Assembly: GCA_963715895.1 (NCBI GenBank)
Contig: OY970284.1
Location: forward strand, 4,899,892 to 4,963,891
DNA: 64,000 bases
Direction of reading: 5' to 3'
Origin: Thermoanaerobaculia bacterium
GTDB taxonomy: Bacteria > Acidobacteriota > Thermoanaerobaculia > Gp7-AA8
This document shows positions 36,182-46,498 of this stretch, in pieces. Numbering within the stretch: position 1 is the stretch's first letter; every line of letters begins with the position of its first letter. Below the pieces are notes generated by a model. That model worked only from the letters and a program-made list of their open reading frames with translations. It was not told the DNA's origin and ran no database searches. A program made the position numbers and the translations under genes.

Positions 36182-37660
36182 TCATTTCGAGCTGATGAGC
36201 TTCGTCAGATCGGGTAACCGGTAACTCAGTCCGACGTGAGCGCCGATTCGGTTTTTCACGTCGCCGATGAACTCCGCTTTGTTGGCCCAGGTGATCGACA
36301 CCGGGATCGTCATCATGTCGCCAAATGGGACCGAGAGCGTGATCGTACCGACCCAACGGTTGTTGCTCCGCACGTTGCCTTTTTGATTGAAGCCGCCTTC
36401 GATTGACAGATCGGCGTGCAGCGGCTTGCCGGTGATGTCGGTACCGAGTTGCCGCCCACCTTGTGCTTTGACTTTCAGCACGTCACTCTGCGGATTGTTG
36501 ATGGCCATGAAACCCTCCACCGGCGGATCAAGTCCGAGGGATGCGAGAGAGTAGTGCTGCGCGCGGTCGTACGACGCCGTGAAGACGAGCTTGTCGGTCG
36601 ACATCCCGTTCGTCGCGTATTCGTTGAGCTGAGTGCGAAAACAGGAGCCGATAGCAATGTCTGTGCGCTCGTCCCGACACGCGTTACGGAGAGTGTTCAT
36701 GTTTACGCGGCCAAAGTGCAGTTCGACGGAAGCCGCCTGCGAGCGCGGTCCGCCGAAAAGCGCCGGATGATGCACCGTGATCGTTCCGGTAGCCTGCGGC
36801 TGGTTGTCAATCATCGTCGCGATCAAGTCGAGGTGATTGGCGTCGTAGATCGCTTTCGCGGTCTTGGCACGCGCGGCATCAACCGCTATCTCCTCCTTAA
36901 TGATCGCGATCACCTCATTCGGGTGATCCGCCTTGCCCACAATTCGTTTGTTGTCTTCGCCAGCTTCATGGTACTCATCACTCAGCCTTTTTGCCAACAA
37001 AGCAGACGCACCATTGCTCTGCACGAACGCCTCAAGGAGCAGCGATACCAGCGGCCGGTATGCGGCCGGCGTACGCCCCCAGCATCTGTCACCTGCTGGA
37101 CGATCAGGCCCGCATCGAACTGTCGCCGCGGAGTAGGATGCGGAAAACGTAAGATCGTTCTGGCTCCCGATCCGTTTTTCCAATGCCGTGACAGTCTTAT
37201 CGCGAATACCATCGGGGATGGCGTTCTTCACAACGTCGGCAACAGCCGGTTGCGTCACGGTCAACGTTGTACCGATGAGCGTGCTGCCTTGACGCAATGG
37301 ATTGAAACGGACGATGAGCGCCTGCCCGTTATCCGACTCGTCCACCTTGTTGATGGCAAAGCTGAAGAGATTCAGGAAGTCTTCGTACGAGTTGTGAATG
37401 CGCGCCGCGAAGGTAGGTGGCGCAACAGTTGGACGATTCGCCGTAACGACGTCGTTCTCTTGTTTGGCTTGCGCCGTCGCGACTGCGTTTTTCCCGGCGG
37501 CGAGTTGGGCCTGCGGTGTCGCCATCTGAGCCAGGTAGAAGGCTTTTGCCCCTTCGAAGGTGCAATGTTCCTTGTCGACAGTGGGATCGCACGGTGTCAC
37601 CACCTCACCAAACACGCTGGTGGCGACGAACATAAAGAATGGAATCAGAAGTCGTTTCAT
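36182..37660 (-). CDS. secreted hypothetical protein (~492 aa)
   Basis: The start is taken at MKRLLIPFFMFVATSVFG (signal peptide; AAGGAG RBS upstream) rather than the upstream extension of the listed ORF. No known motif. Confidence 0.55.
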   Translation of the reverse strand: MKRLLIPFFMFVATSVFGEVVTPCDPTVDKEHCTFEGAKAFYLAQMATPQAQLAAGKNAVATAQAKQENDVVTANRPTVAPPTFAARIHNSYEDFLNLFSFAINKVDESDNGQALIVRFNPLRQGSTLIGTTLTVTQPAVADVVKNAIPDGIRDKTVTALEKRIGSQNDLTFSASYSAATVRCGPDRPAGDRCWGRTPAAYRPLVSLLLEAFVQSNGASALLAKRLSDEYHEAGEDNKRIVGKADHPNEVIAIIKEEIAVDAARAKTAKAIYDANHLDLIATMIDNQPQATGTITVHHPALFGGPRSQAASVELHFGRVNMNTLRNACRDERTDIAIGSCFRTQLNEYATNGMSTDKLVFTASYDRAQHYSLASLGLDPPVEGFMAINNPQSDVLKVKAQGGRQLGTDITGKPLHADLSIEGGFNQKGNVRSNNRWVGTITLSVPFGDMMTIPVSITWANKAEFIGDVKNRIGAHVGLSYRLPDLTKLISSK

Positions 37661-37670
37661 GGTCTGCTCC

Positions 37671-38033
37671 TTACAGCGGGCTGAATTCCCATGTCGGCTC
37701 ATTGAGCGTATCGGGATCGAGGTCCACCACATGATGCGAGGGGTCGATCGCCGTCTCAAACGTCACCGTCGTATCGAGCGTTGTGGCACTACTCGCTGTC
37801 GCCGCGATTGCGATTTGATAGTGCTGATTCCCAGCGGCGTCGAAATCGAATGACACTCCGTGCTCGAGGTCGTCCGAGGTCCACGTCTCTCTGAGAGTGA
37901 CAGGAGCATCCGGATCGGTGACGTCCTGGTAGAAGAAGAGCTTCCCGGCATAACCGGTAACGTTGTCTCCAGGTGTCGTCGTAAAACTGACCTTGTTGGG
38001 TGCCGGAACAGTGTAGCGGCCAATAGCGGGCAT
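37671..38033 (-). CDS. hypothetical small protein (120 aa), co-oriented 10 nt upstream of the secreted protein gene
   Basis: A GGAGG RBS precedes the ATG. The protein is acidic and Thr-rich with no known motif. Confidence 0.45.
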   Translation of the reverse strand: MPAIGRYTVPAPNKVSFTTTPGDNVTGYAGKLFFYQDVTDPDAPVTLRETWTSDDLEHGVSFDFDAAGNQHYQIAIAATASSATTLDTTVTFETAIDPSHHVVDLDPDTLNEPTWEFSPL

Positions 38034-38227
38034 AGTTAAACCTCCTGCCCTCTAGAGACGGCCAAGCCATGAAGTTTCCGGCCCGAGTGGTTGAAAGAAC
38101 CGTTCGCCCTCGGCTACAACGGTAAGCAGCGAATCAGGGCAGCATGTCGTCGGACACACGCCAGCCTTCCGGCGCTTGCAACTGTTCCCGACTTGTACTT
38201 GTCAGATCCGCACCGGCGGTGTCGTGT

Positions 38228-38944
38228 TCAATCCAGAAACTGATGCCGTTTCAACCCCTCATACAGCGACGTATCGGGATACGAAGCATCCTTATCCCTC
38301 CCCTCCCTCCTCCACCGTTCGTTCCACAGATGAACGCCGAGGGAATCGGGAGGGAGTGGGGGGCGGCGGGGGGAGATGATCGTTAACCAGTCCGCCTCGC
38401 CGATGGGGCAGAAGATCCGGGAGGGGCGGACGTAGCGCTCCCGGGCGAAGCGGCGCACGGTTTCGGCGACGAGACGTGGGCCGACTTCGCCCCATTTCAG
38501 GGCCGACGGGTCCTTGGAGGCACACACATCCCACGCGTACTGCATCGCCTCACACCCGCGCGGCGCTTTGATCGCGCCGGCGCAGATGACGTCCACTCCA
38601 TGCTTCCCCGGCTCGCTGGCGAAGACGTAGGGATCGTCGGTGGTGAACGGCTGGAGGCAGACCTGGTCGGTGTCGACCCACCAGCCGCCGCGGTCGAGGA
38701 GGAGTTTGTAGCGGAAGAAGTTCGAGAAGCCGGAGTAGGAGTTGTGGTCGCGGTAGACGAAGATCGATGAGCTCGGAAGGATCTCGTTTCCGTCGCGGAC
38801 GATGGTGCCCTCGGGGATCCGGGCCACATCGCCGTAGACGTAGAGATGAAACTCGTGGCCGTGGTGGAGAAACGACTGGATGGTCAGCCGTTCCATTGAT
38901 GATAGAGACGGTCCGATCCAGAGGCTCTGGATCACATCGGCCAC
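38228..38944 (-). CDS. glycosyltransferase with DXD sugar-binding region (Gly_transf_sug / GT32-like)
   Basis: MADVIQSLWIGPSLSSMERLTIQSFLHHGHEFHLYVY and the DxD motif WWVDTD. Confidence 0.65.
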   Translation of the reverse strand: MADVIQSLWIGPSLSSMERLTIQSFLHHGHEFHLYVYGDVARIPEGTIVRDGNEILPSSSIFVYRDHNSYSGFSNFFRYKLLLDRGGWWVDTDQVCLQPFTTDDPYVFASEPGKHGVDVICAGAIKAPRGCEAMQYAWDVCASKDPSALKWGEVGPRLVAETVRRFARERYVRPSRIFCPIGEADWLTIISPRRPPLPPDSLGVHLWNERWRREGRDKDASYPDTSLYEGLKRHQFLD

Positions 38945-40077
38945 TGCAGCATTTCCTCCCAGCGCCCCATTACTTCGTCCACGCTGAACCGCTGCACAAC
39001 CTCGGGGGCACGCGCGCCGAGGCGCGAGCGCTCCGCTTCATCGCGCATCAGGCCGCCGAGCGCGCGGGCCATCGCGCCGACTTCGTCCTTCGGCACCAGC
39101 ACACCGTCGACGCCGTGGCGGACAATCATCCGGACGCCGGGAGAGCAGTCGAAGGCGATGACCGGAAGACCGGAGGCCATCGCTTCGCAGAGAGCGTTCG
39201 GAAATCCCTCCCGGCGCGATGGCTGCACGTAGAGATCGGCGCGCGCCAGCACATCGTCGTTGTCCGAGGTGAAACCGCCCAGAGTGATGCGGTCAGCGAC
39301 CCCGAGCTTCGCGATGTAGGCCTCGAGTTTCTCGCGATCGCTGCCACGGCCCCATATCTCCAGTCTCCATTGTGGATGTTCGGCGGCGATCCGCGCGAAT
39401 GACTTGATCAGCAGGTCGTAGCCCTTCTCCCACGACAACCGGCCGAGCGATGCCAGCACGCGCGTGCCGTTGCGGTCGTCCCGACGTGGCACGTCGCGCG
39501 GGAAGACAGCATTCGGAATCCATGCGCCGCGCCGAACCCCTTGCCGGACGTAGTAGGCGAGGTCGCCCGCGGTCAGCGCGACCACCGCCGTCGCCAGCCG
39601 ATAGGCCTCGGTGCGCAGTTTCTCGTTCGCGTAGGGCCTGGCGATGCCGCGCTCGGAGACGAACACGCGGACGCCGAGCCCGCGCGTGGCGGCGATGGTG
39701 CGGATGTTCGTCGAGTTGATCATCGAGATGATGGCCTGCGGCCGCGTATCGATGATGGTCTTCCGGAGCGTGGCCAGGAGCGGGTGAAGTGGCCGAAAGT
39801 ACTCGCGCGATTTGGGAGTGAAGATCGCCAGCGCAGCATCGATCTGCCGCATCATTTCCGCCGGCGGCTCGGGCCGCTCCCGGAACGGGACTTCCCAGTT
39901 GAGGTCGTGGTGTACGACCCGCTCATCGAGCACGTAAGCCACCGGTTCTTTCGTCCCCTGGTACATCGTGACGATGGAAGGAGTCCACCCGCGCGCCGCC
40001 CAGTAGTTGGCCATGTTGACCGTGGCGCGCTCGGAGCCTCCTCCGCGAAGCGATGCGATGACGAACGTGATGCGCAT
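38932..40077 (-). CDS. glycosyltransferase family 4
   Basis: The GT4 C-terminal signature EGFPNALCEAMASGLPVIAFD and a Rossmann N-terminus MRITFVIASLRGGGSE. Confidence 0.85.
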   Translation of the reverse strand: MRITFVIASLRGGGSERATVNMANYWAARGWTPSIVTMYQGTKEPVAYVLDERVVHHDLNWEVPFRERPEPPAEMMRQIDAALAIFTPKSREYFRPLHPLLATLRKTIIDTRPQAIISMINSTNIRTIAATRGLGVRVFVSERGIARPYANEKLRTEAYRLATAVVALTAGDLAYYVRQGVRRGAWIPNAVFPRDVPRRDDRNGTRVLASLGRLSWEKGYDLLIKSFARIAAEHPQWRLEIWGRGSDREKLEAYIAKLGVADRITLGGFTSDNDDVLARADLYVQPSRREGFPNALCEAMASGLPVIAFDCSPGVRMIVRHGVDGVLVPKDEVGAMARALGGLMRDEAERSRLGARAPEVVQRFSVDEVMGRWEEMLQWPM

Positions 40078-40080
40078 GGG

Positions 40081-40818
40081 TCAACGCGCCCGATACGCGG
40101 CCACGGAGGATTCGAAGTCGGCGGGCGGCGGCATCGACACCAGCGGCACGTGCGTGGCGTCACCGCGGCCGTGGGCGACGAGGAGCGGCGCGCGCGACCG
40201 GAGGATCGCCGGCGTGGTGTAGCGGACGATGAAGCCGGTACGCGGCGCGGAGGAATGGTTCGCGTTCGAGCCATGGACGATGTCGACGTGATGCAACGAC
40301 ATCTCGCCGGGGCGAAGCACGACGTCGACGGCATCGTCGTCGTCGACCTCCGCGGCGATCTCCTGGCCGTGGCTGAGTAAATTTAGAGGCTCTGCTGTGA
40401 CGGCGTGCGCCAGCTTCACTTTGTGCGATCCCGGAACCACGCGCATGCAACCGCTGGCGACCGTGCTGGGGGTGAGCGCGATCCAGGCCGAGAGCGCGGG
40501 AGCGTCGCCGAGAAAGTCTGCGTAATGGCCATCCTGATGCCAGGCCACGAACGACTCATCATGCGGAGGCTTCGAGAGCATCAGCGAGCCCCAGGCCAGA
40601 ACATCGTCGCCCAGGATCTCCCGTACGGTGTCGACGATCACGTGGTGCGTGGCGATCTCCCTGGCCCATTGGAAGAAGAGATGGAGCTGGTCGAGACGCC
40701 GGTCGCTCCCGCACTCGATCATCGTGCGGCTGATGTCGGCTCCGTAACGTTCCACCTCCGCGTCCGTCAAGACGCGCAGAGGAAAGAGGATGCCGTCGCG
40801 CGCGAATTTCTCTTTCAC
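40081..40818 (-). CDS. phytanoyl-CoA dioxygenase (PhyH) family Fe(II)/2OG oxygenase
   Basis: WHQDGHY (HxD) and a distal His in SLHHVDIVHGS. Confidence 0.7.
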   Translation of the reverse strand: MKEKFARDGILFPLRVLTDAEVERYGADISRTMIECGSDRRLDQLHLFFQWAREIATHHVIVDTVREILGDDVLAWGSLMLSKPPHDESFVAWHQDGHYADFLGDAPALSAWIALTPSTVASGCMRVVPGSHKVKLAHAVTAEPLNLLSHGQEIAAEVDDDDAVDVVLRPGEMSLHHVDIVHGSNANHSSAPRTGFIVRYTTPAILRSRAPLLVAHGRGDATHVPLVSMPPPADFESSVAAYRAR

Positions 40819-42065
40819 GGCTGGAACACCTTCTCGAACGCCCGCACGATGTCGTCCATGTCTTCGACGGTGTTGGGCGAGTTGATGCAGGTGAACCAGA
40901 TCAGCTCGCGGTTGAGTGCCTCCGAGCGCGGCAACGTGCCGGCTCCGTAACGAACGTCCGGACGAAGGGCGAAGGGATGGCCGGCCGTTCCGTAGGCGAT
41001 GCGGCGCGCAAAAAGCGGATGCTCGTGCAGCAGCCTCTCGTACCCGCCGACCGCGGGAACACCTTCACGCTGCAACCGCGCCACCACCTCGTCACGCGGC
41101 GGCATCCCGTCGCGACGTACATAGCGGAAGGTCGTGGCGTACGGCGCCTCCTCGACATGCGGATCGATTCGCTGCGGGACGAGGAACAGAAATCCGCGGA
41201 GACCATCGACGAGACGCGACTGGTTGGCGCGCCGGGCGCGGTTCCGTTCGTCGAGCTGTTCCATCTGCGCCACGGCTACCGCGGCCTGCAACTCCGTCAG
41301 ACGGAGGTTGAAGCCGATCACGTTCACCAACTCGGCGTCGCTCCAGTCGACACCGGCCAACCCTTCACCGTGATTGCGGATGAGGCGCAGCTTCAAGGCG
41401 ATGCGCGGATCGTTGGTGACGACGACCCCTCCTTCGCCACAGGTGACGGTCTTGGTCTCCGTCAGCGAGAAGATGCTGGCGTCTCCGAACGCGCCAACCT
41501 CGCGGCCGCGGTACCGCGCCCCGGGAGCCTGCGCACAATCTTCGATGACGCGCAATCCGCGGCGGTGGGCCATCTCCGTCAGAGCATCGACGTCGGCACA
41601 GTTTCCGCCGAGGTGAACGGCAGCGATGGCGCGGGTCCGTTCCGTGATCCTCAACTCGGCGTCGGCGACGTCGATACAGAGCGTTTCGGGATCGACCTCG
41701 ACGAAGACCGGCACGGCGTCGAACGCCAGGATGGCCGTGGCGGTGGCGTGGAACGACATGCAGGGAACGAGCACCTCGTCGCCCGGCTCGAGGTCGATCG
41801 CGCCGAATGCGGCCACCAGTCCCGACGTCGCCGAGTTGACGGCGACGCCGAACGTCGCGCCGCAGCGTTCGGCGAACATCGCTTCGAGCCGGCGCACCAT
41901 CGGCCCGCCGAGAAAGCGCAGCTCGGACGGCGCGAGTTGCAGCGCCGCGGCCGACGACAACGTGCCCGCTTCACGGATGTCGGCGCCGCCTGCGCCGGCG
42001 CGGAAGCCCGACCAGCATCCGCTCCGGAGCACCTCCAGCAGCAGCTCCTCCTCGCGGCCGGCCAT
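40815..42065 (-). CDS. DegT/DnrJ/EryC1/StrS family PLP-dependent sugar aminotransferase
   Basis: VNSATSGL, DEVLVPCMSFHATA, FSLTETKTVTCGEGGVVVTND (PLP Lys). The start is at the internal Met (MAGREEELLL); the listed 553-aa ORF has a non-coding-looking 137-aa Arg/Gly-rich extension. Confidence 0.8.
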   Translation of the reverse strand: MAGREEELLLEVLRSGCWSGFRAGAGGADIREAGTLSSAAALQLAPSELRFLGGPMVRRLEAMFAERCGATFGVAVNSATSGLVAAFGAIDLEPGDEVLVPCMSFHATATAILAFDAVPVFVEVDPETLCIDVADAELRITERTRAIAAVHLGGNCADVDALTEMAHRRGLRVIEDCAQAPGARYRGREVGAFGDASIFSLTETKTVTCGEGGVVVTNDPRIALKLRLIRNHGEGLAGVDWSDAELVNVIGFNLRLTELQAAVAVAQMEQLDERNRARRANQSRLVDGLRGFLFLVPQRIDPHVEEAPYATTFRYVRRDGMPPRDEVVARLQREGVPAVGGYERLLHEHPLFARRIAYGTAGHPFALRPDVRYGAGTLPRSEALNRELIWFTCINSPNTVEDMDDIVRAFEKVFQP

Positions 42066-42127
42066 CTGGCAGGGGGGAGCAAACGGGCGCGTGCGCACCG
42101 GCGTGTGCCGTTCGGGCAGTGTTGCCG

Positions 42128-42904
42128 TCACGCGCTGGCCTCCCGTTGCAGCAGACAATCGTCCGCCAGGACGGAGATCGGCGTGAGATCGACGCTGCAG
42201 TGAAACGGCTCGCGCAGCGGAAGGATCTGGCGGTTCGAGACCGCGTTGTAGTTCAGGTAGAAGATGCGGCGCGGCCACGGCGAGATGTTCGCCGCCGATC
42301 CGTGGACCGAAAGCGCGTCGAAGAAGACCACCGTTCCCGGCGGTCCCATCACCGGCTCGATCCCCTCCTCGGCCGCCAGCGTGGCGATGATGCCGTCGTC
42401 GATGTCCATGGCGTCCGGATTGTGGAAGTGGCCGCGTTTGTGGGAGCCGGGAATGATGAGCAGCGGTCCGTTGCACGGATTGACATCATCGAGATAAATC
42501 CCGACCACTACCGTCTGCGGCCGCGACATCCCGTCCTGCCGGTGCCACTGGTTGAAGTCCTGATGCCACGCCCATCCGGTTCCGTGGAAGCTCGACTTGG
42601 CGTTGAGCCGCGATTGGTAAACATGCACGCGGTCGCGGACGATCTGCTCGCTCGGCGTGACCAGGCGGGGATGGCGTGACAGCCGCCGGATGACGTCGTT
42701 GTGAAAATGAGCGCCGAACACCATCCGCACGGCGCGTGTCTCGTTCTCTTCGCGTACTACGTCCGGACCCTCGCGGCCGAGGAGGTCCGGCATCGCCCCC
42801 TCGATCACATCGAGCTCGGGCGGCGCCAGAAGACCGCGAAAAACGAGAAAGCCCTGATCGTCATATTGCGCGATCTGCTCTTCGGTCAATCGCATGATCG
42901 TCAT
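42128..42904 (-). CDS. phytanoyl-CoA dioxygenase (PhyH) family oxygenase, second copy
   Basis: WHQDFNQW, LIIPGSHKRGHF, SVHGSAAN. Confidence 0.7.
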   Translation of the reverse strand: MTIMRLTEEQIAQYDDQGFLVFRGLLAPPELDVIEGAMPDLLGREGPDVVREENETRAVRMVFGAHFHNDVIRRLSRHPRLVTPSEQIVRDRVHVYQSRLNAKSSFHGTGWAWHQDFNQWHRQDGMSRPQTVVVGIYLDDVNPCNGPLLIIPGSHKRGHFHNPDAMDIDDGIIATLAAEEGIEPVMGPPGTVVFFDALSVHGSAANISPWPRRIFYLNYNAVSNRQILPLREPFHCSVDLTPISVLADDCLLQREASA

Positions 42905-42907
42905 TCC

Positions 42908-43867
42908 TCAATCGTGAAGAACAGGCCGCAACGGAAGGAACTCGCCGAGCCAGCCGACGACCGGGCTGTCGCGTTGGAGCGGCGGCCGGACGGAGCGAAG
43001 AAACCCGGGGACGTTGAAGTAGCGATTGTAATGGACATGCACGAGCTCCTCGAGCTGCGCGCCGCGCAACGGCTGCGGAAGCAGCGGGCGTCCGATGAGC
43101 GGATAGTTGTAGCGGCCGTCGAGGATCTCCACCCGCTCCCAGACGCGCGCCAGCACGACCGCGAGCGAGAGTTGATCGAGATAGTGCCGATCGCCGCCCA
43201 GCGGAAGATGACCCGATTCAATCAGCCGGAGAAAGTCGCGCTTCCACTGCGCGAACAGACCCGCCGTACGCCGTGCCACCACAAGCCCTGAGTTGAAATA
43301 CGCACGGACCCGCTTGCGATCGCCGACCGTCTCCACCCACGGCCGGTTCGTCACGCCGCACAACTCGTACATCCGTTCCCAGTAAGGGTCGATCGGATCG
43401 CCCGGGCCCGCGGAGGCCACGCGGCGGTGGCGCGTCTTCCAGTGCTCGTGATCGGGATCGTCGAGTGGCTCCTTGCCGTGGCGCCAGTAGTCGACCGGCC
43501 GCGCCGCGGCGTCGATCCCCTCGGCGAGCGCAAACGCGGACGGTTCCGAAGTGAGAATCGTGTCGCTATCGAGAAAGGCCACGAACTCGGTCGTGGCCAT
43601 TTCCTCTCCCCTAGCCGAAGCGAAGACCTTGTTGCCGATCGCATAATCGGCCAGATCGACATTGAGCCGCTCGGTGACATGGGTCGCGCCGAGGGACTCC
43701 AGGCCGCGCAGCGTCTCGTCGCTCACCTCCGTGCCGAGGCGCGGCTGGAAGGTCAGGATCGGTGACTCCGCAAAGCGGCCGCCGTAGCGGCGGATCGAAC
43801 GGCAGAGAAGGAGCGTCTTCTCCTCCAGCTCTCCGCGCTCGACGCAGGCGATGAAAGTGATCGTCAC
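42908..43867 (-). CDS. nucleotide-diphospho-sugar transferase-like protein (GT-A fold, DxD FLDSDT)
   Basis: A GTG start is preceded by GGAGAGAAGAGG. VTITFIACVERGELEEKTLLLCRSI and FVAFLDSDTIL. The N-terminal 180 aa of the listed 500-aa ORF look like out-of-frame read-through. Confidence 0.5.
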   Translation of the reverse strand: MTITFIACVERGELEEKTLLLCRSIRRYGGRFAESPILTFQPRLGTEVSDETLRGLESLGATHVTERLNVDLADYAIGNKVFASARGEEMATTEFVAFLDSDTILTSEPSAFALAEGIDAAARPVDYWRHGKEPLDDPDHEHWKTRHRRVASAGPGDPIDPYWERMYELCGVTNRPWVETVGDRKRVRAYFNSGLVVARRTAGLFAQWKRDFLRLIESGHLPLGGDRHYLDQLSLAVVLARVWERVEILDGRYNYPLIGRPLLPQPLRGAQLEELVHVHYNRYFNVPGFLRSVRPPLQRDSPVVGWLGEFLPLRPVLHD

Positions 43868-43869
43868 GT

Positions 43870-44631
43870 TCAGCCTCTTCTCTCCGCGCCGGCGAGACTC
43901 ATCACATAGTCGGAAAGGAGCCACGACACCGGCACCATGGCGCGCGGCATCTGCTGCAAGCCTGTGCCCGGCGTGAGATTGACGCACTCCACGCCGCGTC
44001 TCCGGGCCTGCTCGCAGAACCGCCCCCATCCTTTCGCAACTTTTCGGAAGTGTCCCAGCGACGAGGCAAAGCCGCTGGTGTGCGTCCCGGCGCCGTTGGC
44101 GTGGCGGCCATCGCCTGCGACCATGTCCAGTCCGATGAAGGCCAGCCGTTTGAAACCGCGCCGCGGAATCCGTTTGCCGCGCTCCGCCGCGATGCGCTCG
44201 CGCTCTTCGCGCGCGACGGGATCGTCGGGCCACGGATTGGCCAGCCAGTTGCCGACGATCATGGCGCTGCTGCCGCCTTTGTAACCGGCGTCGTGATCGT
44301 CGCTCCATCCGCGCACGCCATCGAGCTCGTCGAGCTCGCGGACATAGGTCTCCGCGGTCATGTCCGAGGCATCCGCCGAGGTGATGCGCCACGACGACGT
44401 CTCCGCCCACACGCGCGGCAACGCCGGCACGCTGCGGGCCAGGCCGAGTTTGAGATCCATCGCCGCCATGCAGGTGAAACGGACTTCATGACGAAGCACG
44501 CCCGCCGCCGTCGCTCCGCCATTGATCGAGACCACTTCACCCGCACGCTGGACGTCGGCCCACGCGGCCGAGGAGAAGAGGTCGAGCGAAGGCCCGGCGC
44601 AGACGACCACGGCGACGCTCTCGTCAATCAT
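43870..44631 (-). CDS. DUF115 (Maf / MptE-like) protein
   Basis: MIDESVAVVVCAGPSLD contains the hallmark VVxCAGPSL. A GGGAGAGG RBS lies upstream, and the ATG overlaps the preceding stop (TAATG). Confidence 0.65.
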   Translation of the reverse strand: MIDESVAVVVCAGPSLDLFSSAAWADVQRAGEVVSINGGATAAGVLRHEVRFTCMAAMDLKLGLARSVPALPRVWAETSSWRITSADASDMTAETYVRELDELDGVRGWSDDHDAGYKGGSSAMIVGNWLANPWPDDPVAREERERIAAERGKRIPRRGFKRLAFIGLDMVAGDGRHANGAGTHTSGFASSLGHFRKVAKGWGRFCEQARRRGVECVNLTPGTGLQQMPRAMVPVSWLLSDYVMSLAGAERRG

Positions 44632-45413
44632 TACGCTGCCTCTCCCCGCGCGTCTTGCGGCAGGACGAAGATCTTCTCGCGCGCCTCGGCGATGAAATTG
44701 ACGTGCAGCCGCGGAAGCGGCGTCGGCGATCGCTGCGTCACGCCGTGGATGGAGTCGGGCGAATGGATGAAGAAGACAAGCCGGTTTGCGGCATAGCCGA
44801 TCCGCTTGACCGTCTCGACGCGGCGTAGGTCGACGGATCGATCGCCGTTGTAGCGACGCTGCCCGGGCCGGAAGCGATAGAGCTCCAGGTCGCCGCCATC
44901 GGCTTGATCGTCGGGCGGACGCATGTAGAGCATCCCCGCGTACAACGCCACCTCGCGGTCGACATGACACGGCGCCGAGCTGGAGCGGCGGCGCACCGGA
45001 GACGTCCAGGTAATCTGGCAATCCATGGCGAAATCGGCCATCGGCTCGGCGTAACGAACATTCGTCGCCGCATCGTCGAGCCGCTTGCCGATGCCCGATT
45101 CGAGCGCGGGATGCAACGAGCGGATGGCGTCGCCGAAAACCGCCGTAACCTCGCGAAAGAACTCGTTCGAGGTGTGGTGCGCCGACAGCTCCCGCCATAC
45201 GTTCGCGTAGCCCGTACTGCGGATCAGATCCTGCCCCGGAATGCGGTAGTTGCAGTTGTTCTGGATGGCCCCGTTTCCGATGAACGACTGCTCCTCCGGA
45301 AACGACGCAACCAGCGCGCGGTACAACTCCGGCTCGAGCGCGTCATCGATCACGACGTGCGGAAACGGCTCGCTGACGACGGATGCGGCCGTGGCTTTGT
45401 GCAGGATCGACTT
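44631..45413 (-). CDS. hypothetical protein (260 aa)
   Basis: MKSILHKATAASVVSEPFPHVVIDDALEPELYRALVASFP.... The start overlaps the upstream LLM gene stop. No confident family assignment. Confidence 0.5.
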   Translation of the reverse strand, partial: KSILHKATAASVVSEPFPHVVIDDALEPELYRALVASFPEEQSFIGNGAIQNNCNYRIPGQDLIRSTGYANVWRELSAHHTSNEFFREVTAVFGDAIRSLHPALESGIGKRLDDAATNVRYAEPMADFAMDCQITWTSPVRRRSSSAPCHVDREVALYAGMLYMRPPDDQADGGDLELYRFRPGQRRYNGDRSVDLRRVETVKRIGYAANRLVFFIHSPDSIHGVTQRSPTPLPRLHVNFIAEAREKIFVLPQDARGEAA

Positions 45414-46498
45414 CATAGTGCTGCTGCGACCGTCCTCGGCTGCCGGATCAGCGGCAACACTTCCTCTCCGAAAAACTCCATCGACTCCAGTTTCGGCCAG
45501 CCGGCAAGGATGAACTGCGTCACGCCGGCGTCGACGAACTCCTCCACTCCTTCGGCGATCTCGCGCGGCGATCCGACGATGGCAATGCACGGAGCGCCGT
45601 GCGTGCGGACTGCTCCCGTCCACAGCCACGGCGTGAGCCACTCCGACTCCCCCGCCCGCGCGTACGTCGTCCGGACGTTGACCGAGTCGCTCTTGCGCAT
45701 GAACTCGCGCTCCTTGGCCCCGTCGTCGAAGCCATCGCGCGTCTGCGATACCAGCGCGTACGCCTGCTCCAGCGCCGCGCCGCGCGTGGCACCGCCGATG
45801 ATCGAGCAGCGCACGCCCAGCTCCTTGCCGGCGGCGAGCACGTCCGCTCCCCGCGCGCGCATCGTCTCCGGCGTGTCGGGAATCTGCATCCAGATCGTCC
45901 CCTGACTGATGGCCAGATCGTGCGCCTGCTGCGAATTGCCGGCGATGAAGAGCTCCGGGAAGGTCCGGTCGGGGGCGGTGAACGGCGTGTTGATCTTTCC
46001 CCCTTCGACCTTGTAGTACTTCCCCTCGAAGTTCACCGGCCCTTCGCGGCGCCACAGCGCCCGGCAGACCGCCAGGAACTCCTCGGTGCGCGCATAGCGC
46101 TCGTCGTGCGGCAGCCAGTCGCCGTAGTAGTGCTGCTCTTCCGGCGTGTCTCCGGCGATCACGTTGATGGAGAAGCGGCCGTCGATGATCGTGGAGAGGG
46201 TGTTGAGCTGCTGCACGAACGACGTCGGACAGATCAACCCCGAACGATAGGCGACGATGAACTTGATCGTCTCGGTCTGCAGACCGATGGCCGCGGCGAG
46301 GAACATCGGATCGGGTTTCGACCATCCGAAGTCGGTCAGCAGCGAGTCGATCCCCAGCTCCTCGGCACGCTTGCAGAAGCGAATGCGCTGCCCGAGGTCC
46401 GGCAACCCGGTCTCGCCGAGGCTTGCCTGATGTCCGCGCGAGGCGCCGTGGCGCTCGCCTCCCTGAGTCAGCCGCCAGTGGAACTTCAGCTCATTCAT
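45413..46498 (-). CDS. LLM-class (luciferase-like) flavin-dependent oxidoreductase
   Basis: TIM-barrel LLM pattern (FGWSKPDPMFLAAAIGLQTETIKF, VIAGDTPEEQ, GNSQQAHDLA). Confidence 0.7.
   Translation of the reverse strand: MNELKFHWRLTQGGERHGASRGHQASLGETGLPDLGQRIRFCKRAEELGIDSLLTDFGWSKPDPMFLAAAIGLQTETIKFIVAYRSGLICPTSFVQQLNTLSTIIDGRFSINVIAGDTPEEQHYYGDWLPHDERYARTEEFLAVCRALWRREGPVNFEGKYYKVEGGKINTPFTAPDRTFPELFIAGNSQQAHDLAISQGTIWMQIPDTPETMRARGADVLAAGKELGVRCSIIGGATRGAALEQAYALVSQTRDGFDDGAKEREFMRKSDSVNVRTTYARAGESEWLTPWLWTGAVRTHGAPCIAIVGSPREIAEGVEEFVDAGVTQFILAGWPKLESMEFFGEEVLPLIRQPRTVAAAL

Noticed and set aside
36145-36182. GC-rich hairpin GTGGGCGCGGC...GCCGCGCCCAC followed by ATTTT on the plus strand, just past the minus-strand secreted-protein gene
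   Set aside because: The T-tract is on the wrong strand for the only adjacent gene, and no plus-strand gene precedes it. It may be a decayed or bidirectional terminator, but the support is insufficient.
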